Source of the DNA: a virus
Lineage: Duplodnaviria > Heunggongvirae > Uroviricota > Caudoviricetes
Length of the DNA: 64,000 bases
IMG/VR virus record: IMGVR_UViG_3300028648_000132
Reading direction: 5' to 3' (one strand)
Shown: piece after piece, positions 43,295 to 52,597 of the stretch
Numbering within the stretch: the first letter of the stretch is position 1
Layout of the letters: every line of letters starts with the position of its first letter
Translations under genes and position numbers: made by a program
The notes under the pieces: generated by a model
What the model was told of the DNA's origin: nothing
Databases searched by the model: none
Seen by the model: only the letters and a program-made list of their open reading frames with translations

Positions 43295-43688
43295 TGAAAA
43301 CCTCCTCGTATTTGCGTACGTCGCGGACGATGTGTGATGGCTTGACCACCGGCGCCTGGCACGTAGAGCACATGGGTATGACGCCAGCACGAGTAGCGGC
43401 AACCATGCGGTCGCGCACCTCCCACTGGGCCGCCATCCACAGCGCCCGTGCGCAATTCGTGCACAACAGGAACACCTCGTTGCCGAACTCGTCCGCCTCC
43501 TCGCCGTCGCAGTTGTCCAGGACGTGTATCGAGACGACCGCGGTGACCGGCCGCCTGCACATGTGTTGTGGGTGCTGGCAGGTGGGGCGGCGGCCGACGA
43601 ACTGGTCGTTGAGCCCGACCAGCTGGGCATCGACAAGGGCCGCGATCTGCTCGTCGGTGAGCCGACCGTCGGTCATGGCCACTGCCAC
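43284..43688 (-). CDS. hypothetical Cys-rich protein
   Basis: 134 aa with motifs CQHPQHMC and CTNC...CSTC. Confidence 0.45.
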   Translation of the reverse strand: MAVAMTDGRLTDEQIAALVDAQLVGLNDQFVGRRPTCQHPQHMCRRPVTAVVSIHVLDNCDGEEADEFGNEVFLLCTNCARALWMAAQWEVRDRMVAATRAGVIPMCSTCQAPVVKPSHIVRDVRKYEEVFNAP

Positions 43689-43885
43689 CCGCCAATCGCC
43701 CTGAATGCCTCGTGCAGGTGCCAGGACGCCGACTTGAGCAGGTCCTGCGCTTCCTTGTCTCCGATGGCAACAGTGGCCCGCTTCATGTCGATCTCAGCGA
43801 GGGTGATCTGCCGGAGCATGTTGTGCCGCGCGTACTCGTGGAAGATCTCTGGCTGATGGGTCGTCGTGTGCTCACTGGCGTTCAT
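43673..43885 (-). CDS. hypothetical protein
   Basis: 70-aa ORF. Confidence 0.4.
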   Translation of the reverse strand: MNASEHTTTHQPEIFHEYARHNMLRQITLAEIDMKRATVAIGDKEAQDLLKSASWHLHEAFRAIGGWQWP

Positions 43886-44826
43886 CCGGCCGCCTTCTGG
43901 TCGTCGGTGGGTCGTGGGACGAGCTGTAGGGGTTTACGGCACGTGCAGGGCAGGACGCCGGAACCGTCGTCGGCCTCGATCCAGCCGCCGCCCTGGCAGC
44001 GGGTGCACGCCTCGCGGCGGGCCAGTGCTTCGGCTCGGTCTGCCTTCTGGCGGTCCGCGGCGTCGCTGGCGGCGGCCTCGGATGCCAGCCGGGCTGTCAT
44101 GCAGTCGCGGCAGTTTGGGGGATGTGGGTCGTTGATGTGCTTGGGGCAGCGGGTGGGCGCCTCCCCAACGTAACCACCTACCCAAGGTGACCCCTTCCCC
44201 CTCCCCTTCCCCTTCCCCCTAGTGATCCCGATGCCATCGGAATGGCATTCCAATGGCACATCGGATTGCGGTGGGTTTTCGATGCCATCGGGGTCGGTTT
44301 CAGATGGCATCGAAATGCCATCGAGGTCACTGTCTGTGGGCGTTGGGTCGTCGTCCGGCCTTGGGTCTGTCGGGGTGCCGTCTGGACCCGGGCCAGATGG
44401 GTCGATCTGGTTGGCGACGTTCACCGCATCGGTACGACGGGTGCGCCGCAACTCGGCCGCCAGCACCACACGTAGGACCGGGGATTCGACGGCCTGGGCG
44501 CATTTCAGGGCGTTCGCGAATAGGTACTTGTGTTTGAGGACGCCGTCGTTGCGTATGTACGAGCGGACCAACAGTTCCTCGGTGTCCTCGTCGTAGGCCA
44601 CATAGAGGTGCTCGGCGAGTTCGTTTGTAGCGCGGCGTACATCGGCGACGCTGGTGTGGTCGCAGCCCTTCGCCCACTTGCTTAGTTGCAGCGGCAGGAC
44701 ACCGGCATTGTTCACATTCGGCTGCGACAGCAGGAGCATATACATGCGCTGCGCCTCCACGGATCGCTGCTGAAAGTCTTTGTCCCGCCATATGATTGTC
44801 AGAATCCGACCATGGTCGCGCGGCAC
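43882..44826 (-). CDS. putative replication initiator/organiser protein carrying internal iterons
   Basis: GTG at 44826 with an AAGGAGA RBS. N-terminal wHTH-like domain (ILTIIWRDKDFQQRSVEAQRMYMLLL). Low-complexity linker encoded by a repeat cluster. C-terminal Cys-rich domain. Confidence 0.45.
   Translation of the reverse strand: MPRDHGRILTIIWRDKDFQQRSVEAQRMYMLLLSQPNVNNAGVLPLQLSKWAKGCDHTSVADVRRATNELAEHLYVAYDEDTEELLVRSYIRNDGVLKHKYLFANALKCAQAVESPVLRVVLAAELRRTRRTDAVNVANQIDPSGPGPDGTPTDPRPDDDPTPTDSDLDGISMPSETDPDGIENPPQSDVPLECHSDGIGITRGKGKGRGKGSPWVGGYVGEAPTRCPKHINDPHPPNCRDCMTARLASEAAASDAADRQKADRAEALARREACTRCQGGGWIEADDGSGVLPCTCRKPLQLVPRPTDDQKAAG
44191..44324. repeat. iteron-like repeat cluster (about six copies of RATGSCATY on an ~11-bp register) plus a (CCCCTT)n hexanucleotide repeat, lying within the initiator-like coding sequence
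   Basis: GATGCCATC at 44230 and 44281, GATGGCATC at 44303, and AATGCCATC / AATGGCATT / AATGGCACA at 44314 / 44241 / 44252. Spacings are 11, 11, 29, 22 and 11 bp. CCCCTT appears five times at 44191-44220. Confidence 0.5.
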
Positions 44827-44828
44827 AG

Positions 44829-45212
44829 CTATGTCTCCTTCTGGTTGGCTAGTTCTAGTAGGACGTCCGCGTGGCAGGAGGCGTCGAGTCGACACCAGCA
44901 GCAGAGGTCGTGGCCGCGGAGAAGTGGCACCAGATCCTCCACGCGTTTCATGGAGCCAAGTAGCCAGTGGCGGTATAGGCGCACTGCGTAGTTACTCGCC
45001 CACTCGTGTGTCCCGGTGCCCTGAAAGAACTTTCCGGGTCCTGCGACGGTCCAGACACGTACACGGCGGGCACCCAGTAGGTCCGGCTCTGTCCCGGCGC
45101 ACACGACCTTGAACGGGTTGCCCCATCGCGATGGCCGGGCAACTACTATCGCGCCTTCCGGTTTCCGCCACCCTGCGCTACGCCGCAACTGGATACGTTG
45201 GGGCATGCTCAC
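44829..45212 (-). CDS. DUF4326-like phage protein
   Basis: 127 aa with GWRKPEGAIVVARPSRWGNPF, a signature common in small phage proteins of this family. Confidence 0.5.
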   Translation of the reverse strand: MSMPQRIQLRRSAGWRKPEGAIVVARPSRWGNPFKVVCAGTEPDLLGARRVRVWTVAGPGKFFQGTGTHEWASNYAVRLYRHWLLGSMKRVEDLVPLLRGHDLCCWCRLDASCHADVLLELANQKET

Positions 45213-45955
45213 CAGCCGAACTCCGTGGGCACGTACACCTGGGTCTGCGACCGGATGAAGCCAGTGTCTAAAGGCGGCTGGTCGGACTCCGTGACGCGTA
45301 TCAGGAGGCGCCAGCCGCGGGTCTCAGCCGGGGTAGCGGTGTGGATGTTCCACCAGTCCCACGACATCCATTGCGCCAGTGGAGCGTCCAGGAAGTCGTC
45401 GTTACCCATTCGTGGTGCTGCCGCGTTCACCTTCTGAGTCAGCTCGCGGTACAGGCCGGAGTCCCCACTGTGCTCCAGGCCGACGACGTACGGGTGCCGC
45501 ATGAACCGTGTGGGGCAGTCGTTCCCGATATGGACGGTGTGGAACCGGGGCCGGTAGCCCCGCGCCTCCAGGAGAGCTTGGTGCGCCAGCGATGGAGCCC
45601 CGGTGTTGGACGCGCTGGCCGACATAAGGCTGGCTTCGCCGGGATTGTCTGCGTTACGCCGCGGTACGCCGTCGGTGTGCCAGCCGGGTATCGCCGGGAT
45701 GAACCCGGGCAGCAGCAGCGACACCTTCGTGTCGACGTGCACGTGTGTGTGATCGCCGACAATGGGCGCCCGCTCCAGGCACCGCCGGACAGCGGGGCCG
45801 CCGAACAGGACGGCGTTCTGGAGGCTGGCGCGTTCCAGGTTGGGGGTTGCCGGTATGCACTTGAGGTCGGCGTAGTCGAAGAAGTCGACGACCGGACCTG
45901 GTTGCACGGGGCGGGAGTTGAATGTGTACGACGCGGTCACTGGGTCACGGCCCAT
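45209..45955 (-). CDS. hypothetical protein (possible metal-dependent enzyme; HVHVD...H pattern)
   Basis: 248-aa ORF. Confidence 0.45.
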   Translation of the reverse strand: MGRDPVTASYTFNSRPVQPGPVVDFFDYADLKCIPATPNLERASLQNAVLFGGPAVRRCLERAPIVGDHTHVHVDTKVSLLLPGFIPAIPGWHTDGVPRRNADNPGEASLMSASASNTGAPSLAHQALLEARGYRPRFHTVHIGNDCPTRFMRHPYVVGLEHSGDSGLYRELTQKVNAAAPRMGNDDFLDAPLAQWMSWDWWNIHTATPAETRGWRLLIRVTESDQPPLDTGFIRSQTQVYVPTEFGW

Positions 45956-46353
45956 TCCACGGGATGGACGGTCCAGCTGAAACCTGGCAGCTCCGTGCTG
46001 CTGTCTACCTCCAGTTGCGCGTCACTGGGGGGTTGAATCACTAACCAGGTCAATCGCTTCTCGGCGGCCGAGTAGTAGCGGCGGGCCAGGCGTCCGTCTG
46101 TGTGGACGGCCACGCTGCCCTCGGCGTAGCCCAGGCGCTTGACGTTGAGGGCGCGGAGCAACCCGACCACTAGGTGTTTGGCGGTGTTGTGCTCCAGCTT
46201 CTTCGGGAAGTCGGGTACCTCCTTCTGTAGCCAAACGATCATGGCAGCCAGCTCGGTGTCGCTAACGGTCACACGGCCGTCTAGATATTCAGGTGGAGCT
46301 TCCGGCGGGGTCTGGACCGGTGCGCCAGTGTCCAATGTCGCGTTGAGGTTCAC
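45937..46353 (-). CDS. hypothetical protein
   Basis: 138-aa ORF. Confidence 0.45.
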   Translation of the reverse strand: MNLNATLDTGAPVQTPPEAPPEYLDGRVTVSDTELAAMIVWLQKEVPDFPKKLEHNTAKHLVVGLLRALNVKRLGYAEGSVAVHTDGRLARRYYSAAEKRLTWLVIQPPSDAQLEVDSSTELPGFSWTVHPVEWAVTQ

Positions 46354-46706
46354 GCTGTCTCCTTGTCATGGGTTGCGTTGCCGGACATGGGCGCCCAGCT
46401 GAGCAGCCCATGGTGGTTGCTGCGGTAGTTGTCGACGGCCGCCTGTGCCCTATCTCGGCTGTAGTCCATGGATGTCCACCACTCGACGTCGTGCCAGACG
46501 TCCCGTAGCGCCTTCATCTGCTCGGACTCCCACGCGGTGAACGCCTCGTTAATGCGGGCGATGAGGGCACGGGTGTCCCGGGCGGCGCGAGTACCCGGAA
46601 AGGACGAGTCGAGGGCGTCAGCCATGTCGTTGAGGGTGGACATATGGCACATGACTTCGTCTAGGTCGTCCGAGTACAGGTAGTTGAAGCTGCCGCCGCT
46701 CACCAC
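46350..46706 (-). CDS. hypothetical protein
   Basis: 118-aa ORF. Confidence 0.45.
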   Translation of the reverse strand: MVSGGSFNYLYSDDLDEVMCHMSTLNDMADALDSSFPGTRAARDTRALIARINEAFTAWESEQMKALRDVWHDVEWWTSMDYSRDRAQAAVDNYRSNHHGLLSWAPMSGNATHDKETA

Positions 46707-46749
46707 TGGGCTCCCAGCTGCTCTAGGTCGGACATGAAGCAGACCATCG

Positions 46750-47667
46750 TCATGCCGCCTTCGCCTCCGGATATTCGCGCGGAAACTGTTCGGGCCACTC
46801 GCTGGGGTCGCCGCCCTTGCGGTCGTTGAGTTTCAGAGCGCGCGCCAGGTGCTCGCCGTACTGCTTCATGTGGAACGCGACACCGGCCGCCTCACATTGG
46901 TCACGGAGCTGCTTGGCCCAGTCGAGGTGCATTGGCCGCGCACCAGGGCCGGACTCACCGCCGACGATCATCCAGTCGATACCGCGGTCGAACTCGTCAC
47001 GGGCGAGCAGCCCGGTAGTCGCAGTGTCGATCAGTCCCAGCAATGGCTCGGCACTGACGAACCGCACAGCGGCCGGTGTGTCGTACAGCGCAGGGAGCCG
47101 AAGCTCTGCCCGCTTCTGGTCCTCGGCGCTCACACCCAGCCACACGTTCGGCAGCGGCCACACAATGTCATCGCCCCGCGGCCATTCCAGGCGCTCCTCA
47201 CTAGCGCGCCGGTTATCGACGGCGTTGCGCACCATCGCTTCCAGGCTCAGCCCTGCCCCGGTGCCGCTGAGGTCGCGGGAGGTCATGATCGAACGCATGC
47301 GTCCATGGCGCTTGGTGAGGAGCTGGAATGTGTGTTGCGGCGCCAAGGCCATGACGGCGTACACCTGCGCAATGAACACGTCAGACACCCTGTCGTGGAA
47401 CAGATCAGACATGCTGTTGACGAAAATACGGCGTTGACGTGTCCACCGGAGCGCCTGGTCTAGTGCAGTCGGGTGAACCGTGAGTCCGAAGCCTGGGCCT
47501 GACGTCCTCGGGTCTCCGTCTGCCTGGTACCGCGGAGATCCCATGGCCTTCAACCGCTTTGCCAAGGTCATGGCGTAGCAGTTGTCGCATCCGGGCGACA
47601 CCTTGTTACATCCGGTTGTCGGATTCCAGGTGGCATCTGTCCATTCGATGCCTGTTTTGTCCCCCAT
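46750..47667 (-). CDS. phage Gp37/Gp68-family (DUF5131) protein
   Basis: Start at MGDKTGIEWTDATWNPTTGCNKVSPGCDNCYA, the hallmark N-terminus of this family. ATG overlaps the upstream stop. Confidence 0.65.
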   Translation of the reverse strand: MGDKTGIEWTDATWNPTTGCNKVSPGCDNCYAMTLAKRLKAMGSPRYQADGDPRTSGPGFGLTVHPTALDQALRWTRQRRIFVNSMSDLFHDRVSDVFIAQVYAVMALAPQHTFQLLTKRHGRMRSIMTSRDLSGTGAGLSLEAMVRNAVDNRRASEERLEWPRGDDIVWPLPNVWLGVSAEDQKRAELRLPALYDTPAAVRFVSAEPLLGLIDTATTGLLARDEFDRGIDWMIVGGESGPGARPMHLDWAKQLRDQCEAAGVAFHMKQYGEHLARALKLNDRKGGDPSEWPEQFPREYPEAKAA

Positions 47668-48281
47668 CAGAACGGCACCTCCGCAGTCCCAGCCTCCATC
47701 AGGCGCAGCTTGTTGAGCATTTGCCAGTTCCACCGGGCGTCGGAAAGAGCGTCGTGGGCGGTATCAGGTTTCGGCACAGTGCCGCCGCTGACGCCGAGGC
47801 GGTCCATCTCCTGCTTGAGGTCCAGGGTGTACATGGGCATGAACCGCGGGTGGTGAATCATCCGGCCCCATAGCTGGCACAGGGCCACGTGGTCGTAGGC
47901 GCCGTAGTACGCCCAGAGCACTGGCAGCTCATCAACGGCGACGGCCTCGTCTCGGTCGGCGAGGTCGCCGACGATGAGCTGGCGAACCTCGTTGGCAATT
48001 ACCCACTTTGGTTTGACCAGCGGGGAGCGCATGTCGATGCCGCCCCACGACCAGCCGGTATCGCCGAATCCTTGACGCTTCTTCACCTGCCCGGTGGAGT
48101 GTGTGGGCAGGTGACGTACGACGTTGTCCATCAGCCAGTCGTCCTTGCGGATACGGTCCCAATCGGCCTCGCTGTTGACGGCGTAGTACTCGCGGCCGTC
48201 TTCGCACACGATGCCGATTGAGATCAGGTCGATGGTGCGACCGTCTTCCAGGAACTCGGTGTCGTAGCAGTAAATGGTCAT
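47667..48281 (-). CDS. DnaQ-like 3'-5' exonuclease (DEDDh)
   Basis: Start at MTIYCYDTEF, with Exo I (DTE) and Exo III (HDALSDA) motifs. The upstream 100 codons are artefact. Confidence 0.65.
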   Translation of the reverse strand: MTIYCYDTEFLEDGRTIDLISIGIVCEDGREYYAVNSEADWDRIRKDDWLMDNVVRHLPTHSTGQVKKRQGFGDTGWSWGGIDMRSPLVKPKWVIANEVRQLIVGDLADRDEAVAVDELPVLWAYYGAYDHVALCQLWGRMIHHPRFMPMYTLDLKQEMDRLGVSGGTVPKPDTAHDALSDARWNWQMLNKLRLMEAGTAEVPF

Positions 48282-48490
48282 CACTCGCTCGTTTCTGCGG
48301 GGTTTTCGGCCCATGGCTGGTAGTGCTCGGGGCAGCGGATGCCGCCTTGGCCGCCCAAGTCGATGGCGATCATGGCGGGGGTGGTGCAGTCGGTTATCCC
48401 GCACGGTCCGAGGTCGCTGTCGGCGACGATGAAGGTGATGCCGTCCCCGGATTGGTATGTGCCGGTGCGGATGTTGACGGTGTTGGCCAT
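48281..48490 (-). CDS. hypothetical protein
   Basis: Start at MANTVNIRTGTYQ (69 aa). ATGA-type overlaps on both sides. Confidence 0.4.
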   Translation of the reverse strand: MANTVNIRTGTYQSGDGITFIVADSDLGPCGITDCTTPAMIAIDLGGQGGIRCPEHYQPWAENPAETSE

Positions 48491-48693
48491 CAGGTGCCCG
48501 TTTCGACTGGGTGCAGTTCGTCGCGCTTGTACCAGCGGAACGCATCGGGAACCCGCTTGGCGGCGTCGGGGTGGTCGGCATCGGCTAGCAGGTAGTACTC
48601 GCCCTCGGCCCCGACACGAGGCGCGACATGGACGCGGTAGACCTTCTTGCCCCCTCTGATTCGCACCAACCTGTTGCGGGGTATTCGCTTCAT
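48490..48693 (-). CDS. hypothetical protein
   Basis: Start at MKRIPRNRLVRIRGG. ATG overlaps the upstream stop. Confidence 0.4.
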   Translation of the reverse strand: MKRIPRNRLVRIRGGKKVYRVHVAPRVGAEGEYYLLADADHPDAAKRVPDAFRWYKRDELHPVETGT

Positions 48694-49010
48694 CGTGGTG
48701 TCCTTCGGGGGTGTGCAACTTCGGTGTGTTGCAGGTCGCGGTAGCACCAGGGTTGGCCGGACTCGCGGTGGTACCAGTGACCGCCGTTGTGCATGTGTTG
48801 ATAGATGGCTTCGCCACACTCGTCGCAGACCGGCTCGGCATCCGGGTCTAATTCGGCGGGCTCGTCCGTCTCGAATTCGCGGGCGGTGTTGAGGTGGCCG
48901 AGCGGGCAGTGGAATGGCGACCCGCCAAGCCACAGCGGCACACCAAAATACGTGTCGCATTGGTCGCAAATAACCGCCGTCAGAACGATCTTCACCTTGA
49001 TCTGTGGCAT
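48690..49010 (-). CDS. zinc-finger protein
   Basis: Start at MPQIKVKIVLTAVICDQCD. Motifs CDQCD...CPLGH...CDECG. Confidence 0.4.
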   Translation of the reverse strand: MPQIKVKIVLTAVICDQCDTYFGVPLWLGGSPFHCPLGHLNTAREFETDEPAELDPDAEPVCDECGEAIYQHMHNGGHWYHRESGQPWCYRDLQHTEVAHPRRTPR

Positions 49011-49477
49011 CAGTCTTCCTCCGGTCGTACTTCGACGGATGGGGTGACGTCGTGGCCAGTGCCCTTGTGGTGGCCGTCGGCCCATAGGTCGCGGTCGTCC
49101 TCGGTGCCAAACGGGAGATTCATATCGACGCACTCCTGGCAGGTGGCGAGGTAGTACACCGCGGGGCGGCCAGGGAATACCGTTGGCAGGTTGACCTTTA
49201 CGGCAGTAGCGGAGGCCAGGCGCTCCCCGTCAGCGTCCAGAGGCAGGGCCATGTACCCCACTCCATCGTCGCGCAGGGTCGCCTCCACGACGTACTGCTC
49301 GCTGACGTAAGCGCGGTGACCTTGCAGCGAGATGTGGCGGACGGCAAACGCTTCCGCTTGAACCTTGCCTACGTCGGTGCCTGGGAACGCCCAAGTTTGA
49401 CCGTCGCTGTCACCAGGTCCGGGCGGGCATACGGTGCACACGACGGCCCATTGCCGTTGTGTATCAATGATCTTCAT
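49010..49477 (-). CDS. hypothetical protein
   Basis: Start at MKIIDTQRQWAVVCTVCPPG. ATGA overlap with the upstream gene. Confidence 0.4.
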   Translation of the reverse strand: MKIIDTQRQWAVVCTVCPPGPGDSDGQTWAFPGTDVGKVQAEAFAVRHISLQGHRAYVSEQYVVEATLRDDGVGYMALPLDADGERLASATAVKVNLPTVFPGRPAVYYLATCQECVDMNLPFGTEDDRDLWADGHHKGTGHDVTPSVEVRPEED

Positions 49478-50442
49478 CGGTCCACATCGCTGTTGTGTTC
49501 GCTGTGCACGTGCTCGATGGCCTTGTTGGGGTCCGCGGTCCGCCAGTCGGGCCAGGTGCGCTGCTCGTTCCTGGTCTGCTTCGCAAGGATCGCGTCGATG
49601 ATCTGTTGCGGTTCCCACCCAGCGCGCCAGGCTCCGTCGAAGGCCAGGATGATGACGTCTACCCATTCGGAGATGTCGTCGGGGGCGTCCCGTATCTCGT
49701 TCAGCTCTTTGCCGATGTGGTCCAAGACGCCGTTGGTTCGGGCACCCGGGCCGAAGGTTGCGAGGCTGAATGCACGCTGTCGTGCCAGGTGTGCTGCGTC
49801 TATTACGCGGGTGGGTGACGTGCTCGGTCGCTGCTGTTCGTCCACCGTTGTGGGCTCACCGCAACCAGCCGCCCCGAACTCGTCCCATGGGATAAACCGG
49901 TCTACTTCGAATACCTCGCCCCGGTGGACGCGCATACGGTCTATGGCGTTGTCGACGTTGGTTTCGTCCGCGCGGTCCTTGCACCAGAACCCCCAGAGGC
50001 GTACCCGCCGCCCTGTCACGATGAGCGTCCAGCACGGGAGCTTGCGCTGATCGCGGCGCGCGAGGAACTGATTTGAGTGCGTCGCGGCCGGTACCAACTC
50101 CACGCGGTGTCGCCATGTGCCGGGCCGGAAGGCCAGCGGCCGGTCACCCCAGAACAGGCGCCACGGCTCCGGGGCGGACCGGACGGACCGACCCTCCTCA
50201 GTGACCTCCACGTACTGCCCCCACAACATCAGGGAGACGAACCACCAGGGGTGGTCGTGCAGGGCGCGGTCATCGTCGTCACGCAGGAACTTGTGGAGGT
50301 AGATGTTGAGCCACCGGTTGCGAGGGATTACGTACCAGCGCAATAGGTACGGCGCCTCGCCTTCGGCGCCGATTGGTTGGTGCGGTTCCAGGCGCAACCA
50401 CTTGCGGAGCCAGTGGTGGTTGTTGGGGCCGGTGGCGGTCAT
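49474..50442 (-). CDS. two-domain protein with a C-terminal MazG-like nucleotide pyrophosphohydrolase domain
   Basis: C-terminal GWEPQQIIDAILAKQTRNEQRTWPDW is typical of phage MazG-like/DUF550 proteins. Start at Met34, overlapping the upstream stop. Confidence 0.5.
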   Translation of the reverse strand: MTATGPNNHHWLRKWLRLEPHQPIGAEGEAPYLLRWYVIPRNRWLNIYLHKFLRDDDDRALHDHPWWFVSLMLWGQYVEVTEEGRSVRSAPEPWRLFWGDRPLAFRPGTWRHRVELVPAATHSNQFLARRDQRKLPCWTLIVTGRRVRLWGFWCKDRADETNVDNAIDRMRVHRGEVFEVDRFIPWDEFGAAGCGEPTTVDEQQRPSTSPTRVIDAAHLARQRAFSLATFGPGARTNGVLDHIGKELNEIRDAPDDISEWVDVIILAFDGAWRAGWEPQQIIDAILAKQTRNEQRTWPDWRTADPNKAIEHVHSEHNSDVDR

Positions 50443-50804
50443 CGCTTCTCCCCCGCCCCAACAACCCGTAGGTGTGTTGAAACCTGCGGTGTGACACCGT
50501 CCCAGCGGCACCATTGGCGCGCGCACGGCTGGCATACCCATAGCGGGTTACGTCCGTCGCTCTTGACGCGGTACACGCCCTGGCAGGTAGCGCACCGCAC
50601 CGCGGCCCCGAGGTATTCGGCGCTGGGCTGGACGACTTCTGTGTCCTGGGTGACGGTGGCCCGCATGCCGGTGATCGCGTCGGCCAGTGCTTCGGTATCA
50701 ACGCTCTGGACGTATGTCTCGACTCGGTTGGCTACTCCACGGAGGAGTCGGTTGGCGAGACCAGACGCTGCCTTCACCACACGTTCAATATCGTTGGTGG
50801 TCAA
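50439..50804 (-). CDS. hypothetical protein with a C-terminal zinc ribbon
   Basis: TTG at 50804 overlaps the upstream stop (TTGA). Motif CATCQ...CQPC. Confidence 0.4.
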   Translation of the reverse strand: MTTNDIERVVKAASGLANRLLRGVANRVETYVQSVDTEALADAITGMRATVTQDTEVVQPSAEYLGAAVRCATCQGVYRVKSDGRNPLWVCQPCARQWCRWDGVTPQVSTHLRVVGAGEKR

Positions 50805-51097
50805 TGCTTCTTCCCCTTGTGTCGGCGCTGGCGCCGGTTGCCGTCCGGGTGTGCCAACGGGATCTCGTCGCGCTGGTGGGCGCGTTGTGGTTGTGGGCGT
50901 GGGATAGACCGGAAGGTGACCTTTGTCTGGTCGGCCTCGGGGTCGTAGATCGCGGCCACGGGTGTGTAGAGGGCGCCGAACATGTCCGGTCCCCATCGCT
51001 GGTTGACACTCATGACGTGGTCGGCGATGTCGCCCCGGTAGTTGAGGGTGTTTCGTTTGGCGGTGGGGAACATGTCGGCCTGGGTGAGGGTGGCCAT
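50801..51097 (-). CDS. hypothetical protein
   Basis: 98-aa ORF. Confidence 0.45.
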   Translation of the reverse strand: MATLTQADMFPTAKRNTLNYRGDIADHVMSVNQRWGPDMFGALYTPVAAIYDPEADQTKVTFRSIPRPQPQRAHQRDEIPLAHPDGNRRQRRHKGKKH

Positions 51098-51375
51098 CAG
51101 GGCTCCTTGGCTGGGTCTAGGGCTTCAACGACCGGGTGGATGACCTGAGACGGGTCGAGGGTGATCGCGATTTCTGCTGTTATGGGCGAGAATTCAGCCG
51201 CGTCCACTGTCACCCCGACCTTGACGGTGATCTGGTCGCGCGCCAGCTTCGCCGGACGGTTGGCCCGGTATCCGGCGATGCGCAGGCCGTTGACGACCTT
51301 GAGTCCGTCGTCACCCATGCGCCAGCCGCGGGACGCCTCCAAGATCAGGTAGCCGGTGGCGGTGTGTGTGGTCAC
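51097..51375 (-). CDS. hypothetical protein
   Basis: GTG at 51375 overlaps the upstream stop (GTGA). 92 aa. Confidence 0.4.
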   Translation of the reverse strand: MTTHTATGYLILEASRGWRMGDDGLKVVNGLRIAGYRANRPAKLARDQITVKVGVTVDAAEFSPITAEIAITLDPSQVIHPVVEALDPAKEP

Positions 51376-51773
51376 CCGGCCGCCGCCTTCTCCTTGGCGG
51401 CCTGCTCCGCGGCCTTGATGTTGACCGCGTTCTCGATGATTGGGTCCATGTACGTGTACGCGTCCCCGGGCAACACGCTTACCTTCACCGTTTCGCCACG
51501 CACCTTCTGGACTGCATTCGCCCAGCGCCGCAACTTGGCGGTGTCGGCCAGCTGCTCCAACGAGGGGCAGGTGTTGTCGAGCCAGCTGTGCTGGTCGCGG
51601 AGGAACTTGCCGCACACGTCCTTCGCCCGCGGTATCTGATGCAGGAAGATCCGGTTGCCGGTCATGTGCGACAACAGGTCCTGCACCTGCACCACGGTGC
51701 AGATGGCGCCTTCGGGGAGTCCGTTGGTGACGGCTAACACCGCCACCAACGGGAACTCCTTCCTCCTGCTCAC
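51372..51773 (-). CDS. hypothetical protein
   Basis: GTG at 51773 overlaps the upstream stop. An internal AGGAGGAAGGAG sequence followed by TTG/GTG near 51746 is an alternative start. Confidence 0.4.
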   Translation of the reverse strand: MSRRKEFPLVAVLAVTNGLPEGAICTVVQVQDLLSHMTGNRIFLHQIPRAKDVCGKFLRDQHSWLDNTCPSLEQLADTAKLRRWANAVQKVRGETVKVSVLPGDAYTYMDPIIENAVNIKAAEQAAKEKAAAG

Positions 51774-52594
51774 AGCTCGCGGATCGTGTCGGGCGCGGGA
51801 CCGAACACGGACTTGATGACGGCCAGCTTCGCCACCTCGGCGTCGAACGCTGCGTCCTTGACGTCCCCGGCGCGGTCGAGCTTGTAGCCGAGAAGCAAGC
51901 CGTCCTGGCCGATGCGGAACCGCAGGCGCGCGGTGAGGTCGTACACGTCGCCGCGCTCGTAGACCGGGATGCGGAGGGTGAAGTGCTCGGGCACCTCGAT
52001 ATGTCCGCCCTTGCCGCCAGCGGTCGCGGTGGCCTCCTCCTTGTACTGGAACTGCACCTCGCCGGACTGGGTGCGGTGGCCGGACTGGAACTCGACCTTG
52101 CGCTTCGTCTGGAAGTTCTGCACGACCTCCATCAGGTCCGCCGCCGGTGGCGACGTGATGGAGGCTAGGCCGTCCTCGATGTGCTCGGCGAACGCAATCT
52201 GGTTGAGCAGCTTGCCGTCGGCTGCCGCCCAGTGGTTCCACTCGCGGGACAGCTGGAGCGCCACCACGATGCGGTGGTCACGCCAGCCCTTGTCGTTCAG
52301 TACCGCGGTGATGCGGCTGGGGCCGCGGTCGGCGTACGCGACGGCGTCGAGTTGCAGAGTGCCGTCGCTCAGCTTGTTGAAGCTGTCGACGTCCAGGACG
52401 GTGGTGGTGCCGCGGTCGCGGCGTGGGTTCGGCAGATACCGCTCCAGCGAGTCGAAATCGCGGTGTTCGTCGGAGTTGGTGACGTACGACAGGATGTGCT
52501 CGGTGTCGGGCACTACCTGCTCGGTGCGGTGCCGCTCCGCCGCGTTGGTGAGTTCGGCGACAGCGTCTGCCTCGGTGCGGATTTCGTCGGTCAT
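51770..52594 (-). CDS. hypothetical protein (possibly DUF2303-like)
   Basis: 274 aa, upstream of the recombination genes. Confidence 0.45.
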   Translation of the reverse strand: MTDEIRTEADAVAELTNAAERHRTEQVVPDTEHILSYVTNSDEHRDFDSLERYLPNPRRDRGTTTVLDVDSFNKLSDGTLQLDAVAYADRGPSRITAVLNDKGWRDHRIVVALQLSREWNHWAAADGKLLNQIAFAEHIEDGLASITSPPAADLMEVVQNFQTKRKVEFQSGHRTQSGEVQFQYKEEATATAGGKGGHIEVPEHFTLRIPVYERGDVYDLTARLRFRIGQDGLLLGYKLDRAGDVKDAAFDAEVAKLAVIKSVFGPAPDTIREL

Positions 52595-52597
52595 GGG

